A DNA stretch of 64,000 bases from an uncultured Gemmatimonadales bacterium (GTDB lineage: Bacteria > Gemmatimonadota > Gemmatimonadetes > Longimicrobiales > Gaopeijiaceae). How positions within the stretch are numbered: the stretch's first letter is position 1; the number at the start of each line of letters is the position of its first letter. Positions 54,893 through 64,000 of the stretch are shown here, in pieces. The stretch covers positions 416,001-480,000 of the forward strand of contig CAWGKG010000012.1 in the NCBI GenBank assembly GCA_963823035.1. Direction: 5' to 3'. Made by a program: the position numbers and the translations under genes. The notes beneath the pieces were generated by a model. The model saw only the letters and a list, made by a program, of their open reading frames with translations, made no database searches and had not been told where the DNA came from.

Positions 54893-55635
54893 CGACCGCT
54901 CCCGCCGCCCGTGGCGTCCGCGTAGACCATGCTCAACACCTGGCGGAACGCGTCCGTGGGCAGCGCACCCTGAAGCGGTGGATAGCCGAGCACGAAGAAG
55001 GTCGGGGTCCCCCGCACGCCGACCTGACGCGCGACGGCCGTGGCCTGCGATATCCGTTCGCCGCGACGGTCCTCGGACAGACAGGAGTCGTAGCGACGCA
55101 GGTCGGCCCCGACACCTCCCGCGAAGTCCCGCAGGATCGGCGCGGGCTCGCCGCTGCCCTTCCACTCCTTCTGCCCGGTCCAGATCTGGTGGTTCATGGC
55201 CTCGAACAGCTCGTCCCCCTGCTCCAACACGCACTCCGCCGCCCGCGTCGCCTCGGTCGAGTTCTTGAACATCCCGGTGATGAAGGGGAGGAACTTCCAC
55301 TGGATCTTCCCGGAGTCCACGAACTCCCCGCGCAGCACCGGCCACGTCTCCTCGTGGAACTTGCGGCAATAGCCGCAGCCGTAGTCCGACATCTCGATGA
55401 CGCGGACCGGCGCGTCGGTGGAGCCGAGATCGAAGCCGAGCGCCGCGATGTCCAGACCGGTGTTGCGGCGGGGTGCCGCGGTTTCCGGCGTAGCGCCCGG
55501 CTCTTCCGCCGCCTCGCGCGCGGAGGCGACGAACTCCTCGGAGGCCGGGTCCCCGGAGGCTTCCGGCGGTGGTGCGTCCGTGCAGGCGGCGACGAGCCAG
55601 CACACGGCGAGCGACCGCGTGAGCGACGACCTCAT
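54889..55635 (-). CDS. DsbA family thioredoxin-fold lipoprotein
   Basis: VAAC lipobox; SDYGCGYC; GVRGTPTF. Confidence 0.9.
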   Translation of the reverse strand: MRSSLTRSLAVCWLVAACTDAPPPEASGDPASEEFVASAREAAEEPGATPETAAPRRNTGLDIAALGFDLGSTDAPVRVIEMSDYGCGYCRKFHEETWPVLRGEFVDSGKIQWKFLPFITGMFKNSTEATRAAECVLEQGDELFEAMNHQIWTGQKEWKGSGEPAPILRDFAGGVGADLRRYDSCLSEDRRGERISQATAVARQVGVRGTPTFFVLGYPPLQGALPTDAFRQVLSMVYADATGGGSGR

Positions 55636-56368
55636 GGCATCTCCAGATCGACGAGCTGCCCCAGCCCGGCCAGGAACGCCGACAGGCTGGCGAAGCTCCC
55701 CGTGATCATCATGATCCCGACCAGGGCGAGCACGACGCCGGCTGCCCGCTCGATGGGCACCATCCACCGACGTACCCGCTCCATCCCGGCGAGGAACGCG
55801 TTGAAGGCGGCCGAGGCCACCACGAAGGGAAGTCCGAGACCGGCCGCGTAGACGGCCAGAAGGAGCACGCCGTGCACCCTCGTGGTCTCGAGACTCGCAT
55901 ACAGGAGGATCGACGCGAGGACGGGTCCGATGCAAGGCGTCCACCCCGCGCCGAAGGCCACGCCGACCAGAAAGGAGCCGATCGCGCCGGCCGGCCGGGT
56001 GGCCACGTGCACGCGACGCTCCCGCGCCAGGGCGGGTAGCCGCAGAAGGCCCATGAGGTGCAGGGCGAAGACGATCAGGATCGCCCCGCCCACGCGGCTC
56101 ATCCACGGCAGGGCGTGCGCGAGGGTCTGTCCGGCGGTCGTGGCGGCCCATCCGAGCGTCATGAAGACCACCGTGAAGCCCGCGACGAACAGGAGGGAAT
56201 GCACGAGCGCGGCGCGCCGAGCCGATGAGGCCGATCCGTCGCGCAGCTCCTCGAGCGTGAGCCCGGAGACGAAGGCGAGGGAGCTCGGCACCACCGGGAG
56301 GACGCACGGCGACAGGAAGGAGACGAGGCCGGCCAGGAAGGCCAGCGGGAGCGAGACGTGATCTCCAT
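55632..56368 (-). CDS. ccdA: Cytochrome c biogenesis protein CcdA; start region frameshifted
   Basis: AFLAGLVSFLSPCVLP; GWTPCIGPVL; GLGLPF. Confidence 0.92.
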
Positions 56369-56413
56369 CAGTCGCGTGGGGCCGGTCGACTGCCGGCGGG
56401 TGAGCGGCAGGCG

Positions 56414-57273
56414 TCAAAGGGTGAAGTCGGTGAGGAGGCGCTTCTCCTCCTCACCGAGCCGCACGCGGATCTCGACGATGCGGCTCGAGCCCGCTTCCGC
56501 GCAGCTTCTCGCGCAGGAGCTGGTCGAGCTGGAAGAGGCCCGCGGAGTTCGACATGTCGACGATCACGTCGATGGCGCGTGCTCTCCCCGCGCTCCAGGT
56601 GGACCGCCTCGATGGCCGCGGCGGACACCGAGTGGATCGAGAGCGAGCCGGAGGAGAAGGGGATGCGCGAGCGGCCCTTCGCCATGTCGAGCGCGTCGGC
56701 GATGCGCACGACGCCCGCCTCGATCGTGAGCGGGTCGGCCGCCGGAGCGGTGCGAGATGATCGCGTGCAGCACCTCGGCCCGGACGATCGTCGCCTCGCC
56801 GCGGCGTCGTAGATCTGCGGGAGGATGCCGCGGAGCTTGTCCTGCGCGACGAAGAGGGAGTACGCCTCGTGATCCGCCCGATGGATCGACATCCCGAGGT
56901 CGTGGAGGAGCGCGGCCAGAGCCACGATCACCTCGGCGTCCTCGTTCGCCATCGCGTAGTGCGTCACCACGGACGGCTCGACCCCCGCGTCGACGAGGAG
57001 GCGGAGCATCCGCACCGCCATGTTCATCACGATCTTCACGTGCACGGGACCGTGGTCGGTCATCCCGAGCCGTTCCATCGCGTTCACGTTTGCCGCGATC
57101 CACAGCCCGTAGAGGTCCTCGTCGGCGTTCACCAGGTCCATCAGCCGGTGGAGCTTCGGGTTGTGGCGATCCGGCACCGTCATGACGATGCGTCGGTCGA
57201 ACCGCTCGTTCACCCCCCGCTCGGGCCCGCCCGGATCGGCGTAGACCTCGGCGTCGAATCGATCCTCGCTCAC
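56414..57273 (-). CDS. HD domain phosphohydrolase; several frameshifts
   Basis: RLGMTDHGPVH; LLHDLGMSIHR; ADALDMAKGRSR; IHSVSA. Confidence 0.85.
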
Positions 57274-58469
57274 AGCGCCTCCTCCCAGTCGACGACCTTC
57301 TCGGCCGCCCTCGACGACGACCACCGTGCCCACGATGCGGTCGTGGATGGCCTGGCGGTTCGCGTCCCAGAAGACCTGGGCGAATCCGAGCAGTCCCGTC
57401 GCGAAGCCCGCGGCGTAGCCACCGGCGCGCTCGAAGGCCGTCCACCAGGTGATGGGCTCACCGTCGAGGCGGAGCACCCGGACCTTCATGATGCGCTTGC
57501 CGACCGTCTGCCCCTTCCACCAGGAGAGCATGACGGTCAGATAGAGCGACGCCCACCCGAAGCCGAAGCCGAGCTCGTCGACGATGCTGCGCAGCCACGC
57601 GAAGAAGCCACTGCCGTCCTTCGATTTGGCCAGTGCGGTGCGCAGCGCCCGGAGCCTGCTGGTCGCTCCGCAGCAGCTCGGTCTCCAACTCCTCGACGCG
57701 TCCGTTCAATACCCCGAGCGTGTCCGCGGCCACGGAGTCGAGGAGGGCGAGCCGTGGATCGGGCTCCCCTTCGTCTTCCGGGGCGGCCGAGTCCGCGGGC
57801 TGCTCCTCCACGTCGGCCGCGGCCATCGCACCCCGCACGACTTCGTCCACCTGGTCGGACCAGGACGTGTTCTCGGGCGCGAGGTCATGGAGCGCGCCGC
57901 GGATCTCCGACGAGGTCTGGCCGATCCCGCGGAGCTGGCCGGCCAGGGCGGCGCCCGCTTCGCACGGCTTCCTCCGCGTCCGCGGCCGTGCGGTAGTCCT
58001 GCACGCGGCCGACGCCGGAGAGCAAATCGGCGAGCCCGGCGCGGCCGGAGACCGTGATCCCCGACGTCCTCGAGGGCGTCCCGCGTCAGCGTCCTTCGGG
58101 TCGGAGGCAGGACCCGCCGAAGCCCTGGATGCCCACGGCCACCCAGACGATCGCCGTGATCACGCCGATGAACAGGCCCATGCAGCCGAGGGAAAGGCGC
58201 ATGGCCCGCCCGAAAGCCGAGCCGGGGACTTCGGTGCGCTTCAGGCTGACGCGGATGAAGAACGACCGCCGCCACCACGCCGAGCACCAGCGCGAAGCTC
58301 TTCGTGACCGAGCGTGAGGACGCCGATGACCGCGAGGTCGATGAGGATGGCCCAGAAGCGACTCATCGGCGTCGCCAGCGGCATCCCGAGCAGCGCGGTC
58401 GGAGACCTCGAACGCGTCCGGGGTGATGATGCTGCGGGGGTCGCGCGGGTGCGCGGAGTGCACGGCCAT
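57270..58469 (-). CDS. RDD family membrane protein; several frameshifts
   Basis: DPRSIITPDAF...RFWAILIDL; GFGWASLY..W.GQTVGKR; WDANRQAIHDRIVGTVVV. Confidence 0.82.
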
Positions 58470-58495
58470 GGTGGATCGACTGCCGGTGCCGGACC

Positions 58496-58923
58496 TCAGC
58501 GACGCCTCGACCAGAGCACCCAGGCCAGGCCGGCTGCGGCGCCGAGCATGGCGCCCACCGAGGATCACCCGCTTCCGCCCGGGGTCCTCGTCGGGCAGCG
58601 ACGGTCGCGTCGGCTTCGACGTCGTCCACGCCCCCGGGGAGCACGACGGACGCGTCTCCGACGCCGAGCTCCGCCTCCTCCACGTCACCTTCCCACGCGC
58701 AGTGCGGGCAAGCGAGTATCGCGCGCTCGCGTGCCGTCCGGTTCGCGTAGACGAGCTCCTGGGAACAGGCGGGACAGAGAACGGCGGCGGGCTCGGGACG
58801 GATCAGCTCGTAGAGCATTCCCTTGGACACGTCCATCGCGTCGGCGATCTGGTTCACGCTGAGCTCCGAGCCCCAGTAGAGCTCGTTGGCCCGCTTCTCC
58901 CTTTCGCGCTGGACGCCGGTCAT
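58496..58923 (-). CDS. Hypothetical HTH + zinc-ribbon protein with C-terminal TM; frameshifts
   Basis: LYW.SELSVNQIADAMDVSKGMLY; CPAC...CPHC; terminal hydrophobic helix then SRRR*. Confidence 0.7.
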
Positions 58924-59035
58924 GGCACGCCTACCCCTGTTCACTTGACCCCCTTCTGGCCGTTGGACAACATAGCTGTCCCATACCCGTCCCGCACAGC
59001 CGAGGGGGGCGGCGCCCCCTCTCGCGAGCCATCCG

Positions 59036-59677
59036 GTGAAGATCCCCGTAGCGCACGGCTGGCTGGAAGCCGCCCTCAAGGAGCCGGACGATGACCCCCG
59101 GGGCGCGGCCGTCGTGTGCCACCCCCATCCCATCCACGGCGGCACGATGCACACCAAGGCCGTCTACCGGGCGGGCCAGGGTCTCAACGAGGCCGGCCTG
59201 GTTGCCCTGCGCTTCAACTTCCGGGGCGTGGGCACGAGCACGGGGAGCCACGACGGGGGCATCGGCGAGAAGGACGACGTGCGCGCCGCGCTCGACTGGC
59301 TCGAGAGCCGCTACCCTTCCCTCCCGCTCGTGCTCGGCGGCTTCTCCTTCGGCTCGATGGTGGCGCTCAGCGTCGGCGCGGAGGACGACCGCGTGGTCGG
59401 GCTGCTGGGCCTGGGGCTCCCCGTCGAGCAGCGGGACTACGACTTCGGCTTCCTCGCCGACGTGGATCGTCCGGTGCTGGTGGTCCAGGGCGAGCACGAC
59501 GAGTTCGGATCCGCTGCCGCCGTGGCGGACTACCTGCGGCGCCTGGGTCCGCACATCACCTTCGTGCGCATCGCCGGGGCCGACCACTTCTTCACCGATC
59601 GGCTGGACGAGCTTCGCGAGGCGGTCCGGGGGTACTACGCGTCCGGCCCCGGGTCGCGTCTACTCGCCACCATCTGA
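59036..59677 (+). CDS. Alpha/beta hydrolase
   Basis: CHPHPIHGGTM, RFNFRGVG, GFSFG, QGEHDE, ADHFF. Confidence 0.92.
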   Translation: MKIPVAHGWLEAALKEPDDDPRGAAVVCHPHPIHGGTMHTKAVYRAGQGLNEAGLVALRFNFRGVGTSTGSHDGGIGEKDDVRAALDWLESRYPSLPLVLGGFSFGSMVALSVGAEDDRVVGLLGLGLPVEQRDYDFGFLADVDRPVLVVQGEHDEFGSAAAVADYLRRLGPHITFVRIAGADHFFTDRLDELREAVRGYYASGPGSRLLATI

Positions 59678-59690
59678 ACGGAGGAATCGC

Positions 59691-59960
59691 ATGCGCCAGC
59701 GCGAGCGCGTGCTCCAGAGCCTCGAGAGCGTCTACAGGGATGCCTTCGAGGGTGCGAAGGAGCGGGAAGACCGAACGGAGATGGCGCGTCTCGATCTGGA
59801 GTATCAGCGGGACCAGCTCCAACTCGAGCTGCTGCTCGACATCCGCGAGCTGTTGTCCGCTCCGGCCGCCGCGGCGGAGGTGAAGGAGAGTGGAACGTCC
59901 ATCCTCGAGAAGGCGCAGACGTTGCGAAGACTGACGAAGCTCCCCAAGGGCCTCCGGTGA
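59691..59960 (+). CDS. Hypothetical helical protein (89 aa)
   Basis: GGAGG RBS; LDLEYQRDQLQLELLLDIRELL; stop overlaps the next GTG. Confidence 0.75.
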   Translation: MRQRERVLQSLESVYRDAFEGAKEREDRTEMARLDLEYQRDQLQLELLLDIRELLSAPAAAAEVKESGTSILEKAQTLRRLTKLPKGLR

Positions 59961-60523
59961 AGATCTACACGCGCACGGGTGACGGCGGCGAGACCGCACT
60001 CTTCGGCGGGGGACGCGTCGCGAAGGATCATCCCCGGGTGGCCGCCTACGGGACGGTGGACGAGCTGAACGCCTGCCTGGGGTGGGCCGTCGCGGTCGCC
60101 GAGGTGGCCGACGTGCGGGAGCGCCTCGGACGCATCCAGCACGACCTCTTCGCCATCGGCTCGCTGCTCGCCACGCCCCCGCCCGCGGAGGGACGGCCCA
60201 CGCCCAAGGGGCTTCCCGACCCGCCGGTCTCGCGCGTGCCGGATATGGAGGCCTGGATGGACGAAGCCGAGGGGCGGCTCCCCCCGCTGCGGGCGTTCGT
60301 CCTCCCGGGAGGGTCACGGGGTGCGGCCGCGCTCCACCTCGCCCGCACGGTGTGTCGTCGCGCCGAGCGCGCGGTCGTCCATCTCGCTTCCCGCGAGGTG
60401 GTGGACGAGTGGGCGCTGACGTATCTGAACCGCCTGTCGGACCTACTCTTCACCTTCGCGCGCCTCGAGAACCTCGAGGCGGGAGAGGGGGACGTGGAAT
60501 GGCGAAAGACGCCGGGGGCTTGA
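59957..60523 (+). CDS. ATP:cob(I)alamin adenosyltransferase, PduO type
   Basis: KIYTRTGDGGET, AYGTVDELN, FVLPGG, RTVCRRAER, YLNRLSD. Confidence 0.95.
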   Translation: MKIYTRTGDGGETALFGGGRVAKDHPRVAAYGTVDELNACLGWAVAVAEVADVRERLGRIQHDLFAIGSLLATPPPAEGRPTPKGLPDPPVSRVPDMEAWMDEAEGRLPPLRAFVLPGGSRGAAALHLARTVCRRAERAVVHLASREVVDEWALTYLNRLSDLLFTFARLENLEAGEGDVEWRKTPGA

Positions 60524-61131
60524 GCGAGGGGAACCGCGGCACCGCGATGGCCACGAGCGTCGCGATCGCGGCGCGCTCCTTCGGTCTCCGTCCGGACGGC
60601 GTCGCCCTCGTGGGTCGGGCCCACGCGCTGGCCATGCGGCCGCGCGTTCGCGCGCTGCACGACGACCACCACCCGCTCTACCTCCATCCCGGCCGGGTCG
60701 TCCTCGTCCTGCTCCGCGACGCCCGTGTGACGGACCCGACCGTTTTGGCAGCAGCGGCCGTCACCGAAAGCGAGGACGTCGACTTCCGCATCGCACCGGA
60801 CGAGGTGCGCACGACCGTGGGGGACGCGGTGGCCGAGCTGGTCGGGCGGGTGCCCATGCCGCGCACGGACACGCTCGCGGAGGTGCTCGTCACGGCCGAC
60901 CAGGACGCTCGGCTCGTCGCGCTGGCGGAGCGCCTCGATCACGCGCGTCACGCCCACCTTCGCGAGGCGGACGAGGCATGGATGCGCGGGCTCCACGAAG
61001 AGATCGGCGCCGTGTATCTCCCGGTCGCCGAGCGCACGCATCCCGTGCTGGCCCAGCGCTATCGGCACTGGTGGCGCGTCTTCGGGAGGCGTCTGGAGAG
61101 GGTGACCCGCGCTCAGCGGTTGTGCGTGTAG
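60520..61131 (+). CDS. Degenerate HD-domain (RelA/SpoT hydrolase-like) protein
   Basis: AH..R....HPLYLHPGRV; LAAAAVTESED; LVALAERLDHAR; TTG overlaps the upstream TGA. Confidence 0.65.
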   Translation: MSEGNRGTAMATSVAIAARSFGLRPDGVALVGRAHALAMRPRVRALHDDHHPLYLHPGRVVLVLLRDARVTDPTVLAAAAVTESEDVDFRIAPDEVRTTVGDAVAELVGRVPMPRTDTLAEVLVTADQDARLVALAERLDHARHAHLREADEAWMRGLHEEIGAVYLPVAERTHPVLAQRYRHWWRVFGRRLERVTRAQRLCV

Positions 61132-62463
61132 ATCACCAGGACGCCGCTGGCCGAGCTGCCACCGAAGAGGCTGCCTGCCTCGATCGGCTTGTAGACCACG
61201 ATGCGGTCGATGGACTCGGGAGGCATCTGTAGCGCGAGATCCGTGTTCGTCGCGCGCACGTCGTTGATGTAGACGACCATCGGTATGCACCCGCCGCTCT
61301 CGTTGTTCAGCATACGGACCTGTCCCGAGGTGTAGCCGACGCACAGCGAGGAATCGGCGCGCCGTCGGATGATCACGCCCGGCAGGTGCTGGCTCTGCAG
61401 GATGTCGGCGGCGTCGCGCGCGCGCGCCCGGACCTTGTCGATCTCCGTCTTGGTGATCGTGATCCCGCCCATGGCGCGCCGGGTGACCGGCTCTGCCTCG
61501 ACCGTCACCGTGATCGGCGCGATCTCGATCGCGCGCGTGTCCACCCTCATCTCCACCGCGAGCGAGCTCCCCGAGGGCACGATGAGGGTGTCCCGCTTGG
61601 TGCCGTACTGGAGGTGGCGCGCGAACATCATGTAGGTGCCCGGAGGAACGTCGCCGAAGCGGAACTCGCCCGCGGATCCGGTGACGGCGCGGAACTTCGT
61701 GCCCCTGAGCCAGACGTCCGCGTCGGCCACACCGATGCCGCTGGCCGCGTCGACGATGTGCCCCGAGACCTTCGCCTCCTCGAGATTCCAGAGGAGGAAC
61801 CCCGCCTCGATCGCCCCTCCCTCCGAGACCGTCACTTCGCGCCGCAAGCCCCCTCGGTCCAGGAACGTCGCGGTGGCCGTGATGGGCGTGCCGCTCGGTG
61901 CGGCGCAGGTGTGGTACCACCCCCCATCGTCCGTCTCGAGCTGCATGTGCTGGGGATCCACCGCACCCTCCGGGCTCCACGAGAGGAGGACATGCGCCCG
62001 CGGAAGACCCATGCCGGTGGCGCCGTCTCCCACCCACCCCGCGATGGCACCCGTGCCGGGTCCGGAGTCCTCCAACAGGCAGGGGGTGACCATCACCGTG
62101 AAGATGGACGGCGTGGCGAGGTCCACCACCACGGTGTCCGCTCGGCATGACGCGCACGGCCCGTGGCCCCGGCGAGATGCCCATCTCACCCAGACGGGTA
62201 TGGAAGAAGAGGAGGGTGTAGTCGCCGGGTGGCACGTCCGGGATGACATACCGCCCGTCCTCTCCCGTCACCGCGCGGTAGGAGGTGTTCCAGAGGAACA
62301 CGGCCGCGTCGGGAAGGGGTGTGCCGGCCATCGAGTCGAACACGACACCGCGAACGGCCCCGAGGGGACGCTGGGGCTCAACCTGCGCGCGGACCCCGGG
62401 GGCGACCATCGCCACGGCGGTGGTGCAGAAGATGAGCGTCCGCATCGGCGCGAGCATCGACAT
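61113..62463 (-). CDS. Secreted tandem CarboxypepD_reg-like protein with C-terminal plug, paralog of 40876-42261; frameshift near 62140
   Basis: RGVVFDS, LLFFHTRL, IAPITVTV, SIDRIVVYKPIEAGSLFG..SASGVLVIYT. Confidence 0.82.
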
Positions 62464-62656
62464 CGGCTCCTCGAGGGGCAGCGTGCTTCAGGGACCCGAG
62501 GGTCCACCTACCATACGACGGAAAGGGCGCGGACGTACACATCGGGCTCCGGTCCCGCGCGCGGGCGCGCCCGAGCTTGCGGGGGGTGTCGGCTTTGGTT
62601 ACACGTTGTCGGCTGATCGCGGGTAGACCGAAAAACAGGGACCGTCCGGAGGCTGC

Positions 62657-62890
62657 ATGGCCTATATCATCACCGAACCCTGCCTGGAGACCAAAGACGC
62701 GAGTTGCGTCGAGGTCTGCCCCGTGGATTGCATCTACGAGGCATCGGACCAGTACTACATCCATCCCGACGAGTGCATCGACTGCGGGGCCTGCGAACCC
62801 GAATGTCCCGTTCAGGCGATCTTCCCGGATACAGATGTGCCTACCGAGTGGACGAGCTACATCGAGAAGAACCGGGTGCATTTCGACTGA
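62657..62890 (+). CDS. 7Fe/8Fe dicluster ferredoxin (FdxA type)
   Basis: [37 protein letters not shown]. Confidence 0.96.
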   Translation: MAYIITEPCLETKDASCVEVCPVDCIYEASDQYYIHPDECIDCGACEPECPVQAIFPDTDVPTEWTSYIEKNRVHFD

Positions 62891-62914
62891 GGCGTCGCGA
62901 AAGAAGCAGGGACG

Positions 62915-62947
62915 AAAGCGGCGGGAGGAGTGGACTCCTCCCGCCGC
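62915..62947. terminator. Probable bidirectional terminator
   Basis: GCGGCGGGAGGAG/CTCCTCCCGCCGC perfect stem between converging genes. Confidence 0.7.
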
Positions 62948-62985
62948 AGTCCGTTCCTGGCGGTATTCGGGTCCTGCGGCGGCCG

Positions 62986-63153
62986 TCAGTGGCCGAGGGC
63001 CCGGATCCGCTCGAGGGAGATGGTCGCCGGCTGGGTTTCTCCGGCCGGGACGACCCGTGGGGTGTTGGCGCTGTCCTTGACCTGTCGGACCAGCAAGAAG
63101 CCCGCGGCCAGGGCGACGACAGCGCCGAACAGTCCTGCTGTGAGGGAGCGCAT
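62986..63153 (-). CDS. Small single-pass membrane protein, 55 aa; absent from the ORF track
   Basis: MRSLTAGLFGAVVALAAGFLLVRQVKDSANTPRVVPAGETQPATISLERIRALGH; GGAG RBS; GC3 bias; terminator downstream. Confidence 0.65.
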   Translation of the reverse strand: MRSLTAGLFGAVVALAAGFLLVRQVKDSANTPRVVPAGETQPATISLERIRALGH

Positions 63154-63362
63154 GGGGGGGTCTCCGTGACAGGGTCCTGCTTGGATCGGAATGCACGAAC
63201 CATGCCGATTGGATCGACACTCTCACGAAGGGCCTAACGCATTGTAGGACAATGTTCTACGGTGTTGAGGCAGGTCGGGGACAGCCACGGATTTCCGACA
63301 CGTTGTGCGGAGAGCGCACGTGTTCGTCGGAAATCTGACACTCGAGCCGGGGAGGAGCGGCG

Positions 63363-64000
63363 ATGGCGACCGCGGCGGCAGGTTTGGCGGATGGAATCCG
63401 GTCCGGTGACCCCGTGGCACTGGCGCGAGCGCTGGTCGCCATCCCCTCCGTGAACCCCGTACTCGCGCCGGGGGGCGCCGGCGAGGCTGAGATCGCCCGC
63501 GCGTGCGCCGAGTGGCTCGAAGCCTGGGGGCTCGAGGCGCACGTACACGAGATCGACGCGGGGCGCTTCAACGTGACCGCCACCCTCGCGGGCCAGGGCC
63601 CGACGCTCCTCCTGAACGGGCACCTCGACACCGTGGGGGTCGACGGCATGACGGTCGATCCCTTCGGGGGGGCCTTGCGGGCGGGGAGGATCCTCGGCCG
63701 CGGCTCCTGTGACATGAAGGGCGGCGTCGCGGCGCTCCTGGCGGCCGCGGCGAAGCTCGCCGCGGACGGCCCGAGACCGAACCTCCTCGTCGCGCTCACG
63801 GCCGACGAGGAGCACGCGAGCCTGGGGATGGACGCGCTCGTCCGATCGGGGGTGCGCGCCGACCTCGCGGTCGTGTGCGAGCCGACCAGCCTCGCGGTCA
63901 TGCCCGCACACAAGGGGTTCGTATGGGTGAAGGCATCCTTCACCGGGCGGGCGGCACACGGCTCCCGTCCGGAGCTCGGCGTGGACGCCATCCGACACGC
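63363..64000 (+). CDS. M20 family ArgE/DapE-like deacylase, truncated by the window end
   Basis: IPSVNP, LNGHLDTV, GRGSCDMKGG, ADEEHAS, CEPT, HKG, GRAAHGS. Confidence 0.92.
   Translation, partial: MATAAAGLADGIRSGDPVALARALVAIPSVNPVLAPGGAGEAEIARACAEWLEAWGLEAHVHEIDAGRFNVTATLAGQGPTLLLNGHLDTVGVDGMTVDPFGGALRAGRILGRGSCDMKGGVAALLAAAAKLAADGPRPNLLVALTADEEHASLGMDALVRSGVRADLAVVCEPTSLAVMPAHKGFVWVKASFTGRAAHGSRPELGVDAIRH

Overview
This is a high-GC, gene-dense bacterial chromosomal segment. The gene repertoire (SusC/SusD pair, ADOP-type orphan permeases with PadR, BTAD-TPR regulators, CarboxypepD_reg/plug proteins, M14/S9 peptidases) suggests Gemmatimonadota; this is inference only. About 20 genes carry single-base frameshifts, often at homopolymers, which most likely reflects an unpolished long-read assembly. 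The window holds about 55 CDS and one tRNA-Asn(GTT), with no integrase, transposase, prophage or CRISPR array. Best candidates for undescribed systems: (1) a Phd/YefM antitoxin gene followed by a catalytically eroded RelE-like domain fused in frame to an ADOP ABC-permease, behind a TGTACA operator; (2) a conserved unknown protein, an unannotated 23-aa Trp-terminated hydrophobic peptide with a perfect RBS, and a membrane-anchored HD-GYP phosphodiesterase; (3) an NPPF-type methyltransferase with an RRE-like C-terminus next to a Nif11-leader RiPP precursor; (4) a lipid cluster with a Tam41/Mmp37-like nucleotidyltransferase between PlsC and a CDP-alcohol phosphotransferase. All family assignments come from motif recognition by eye; no database search was run.
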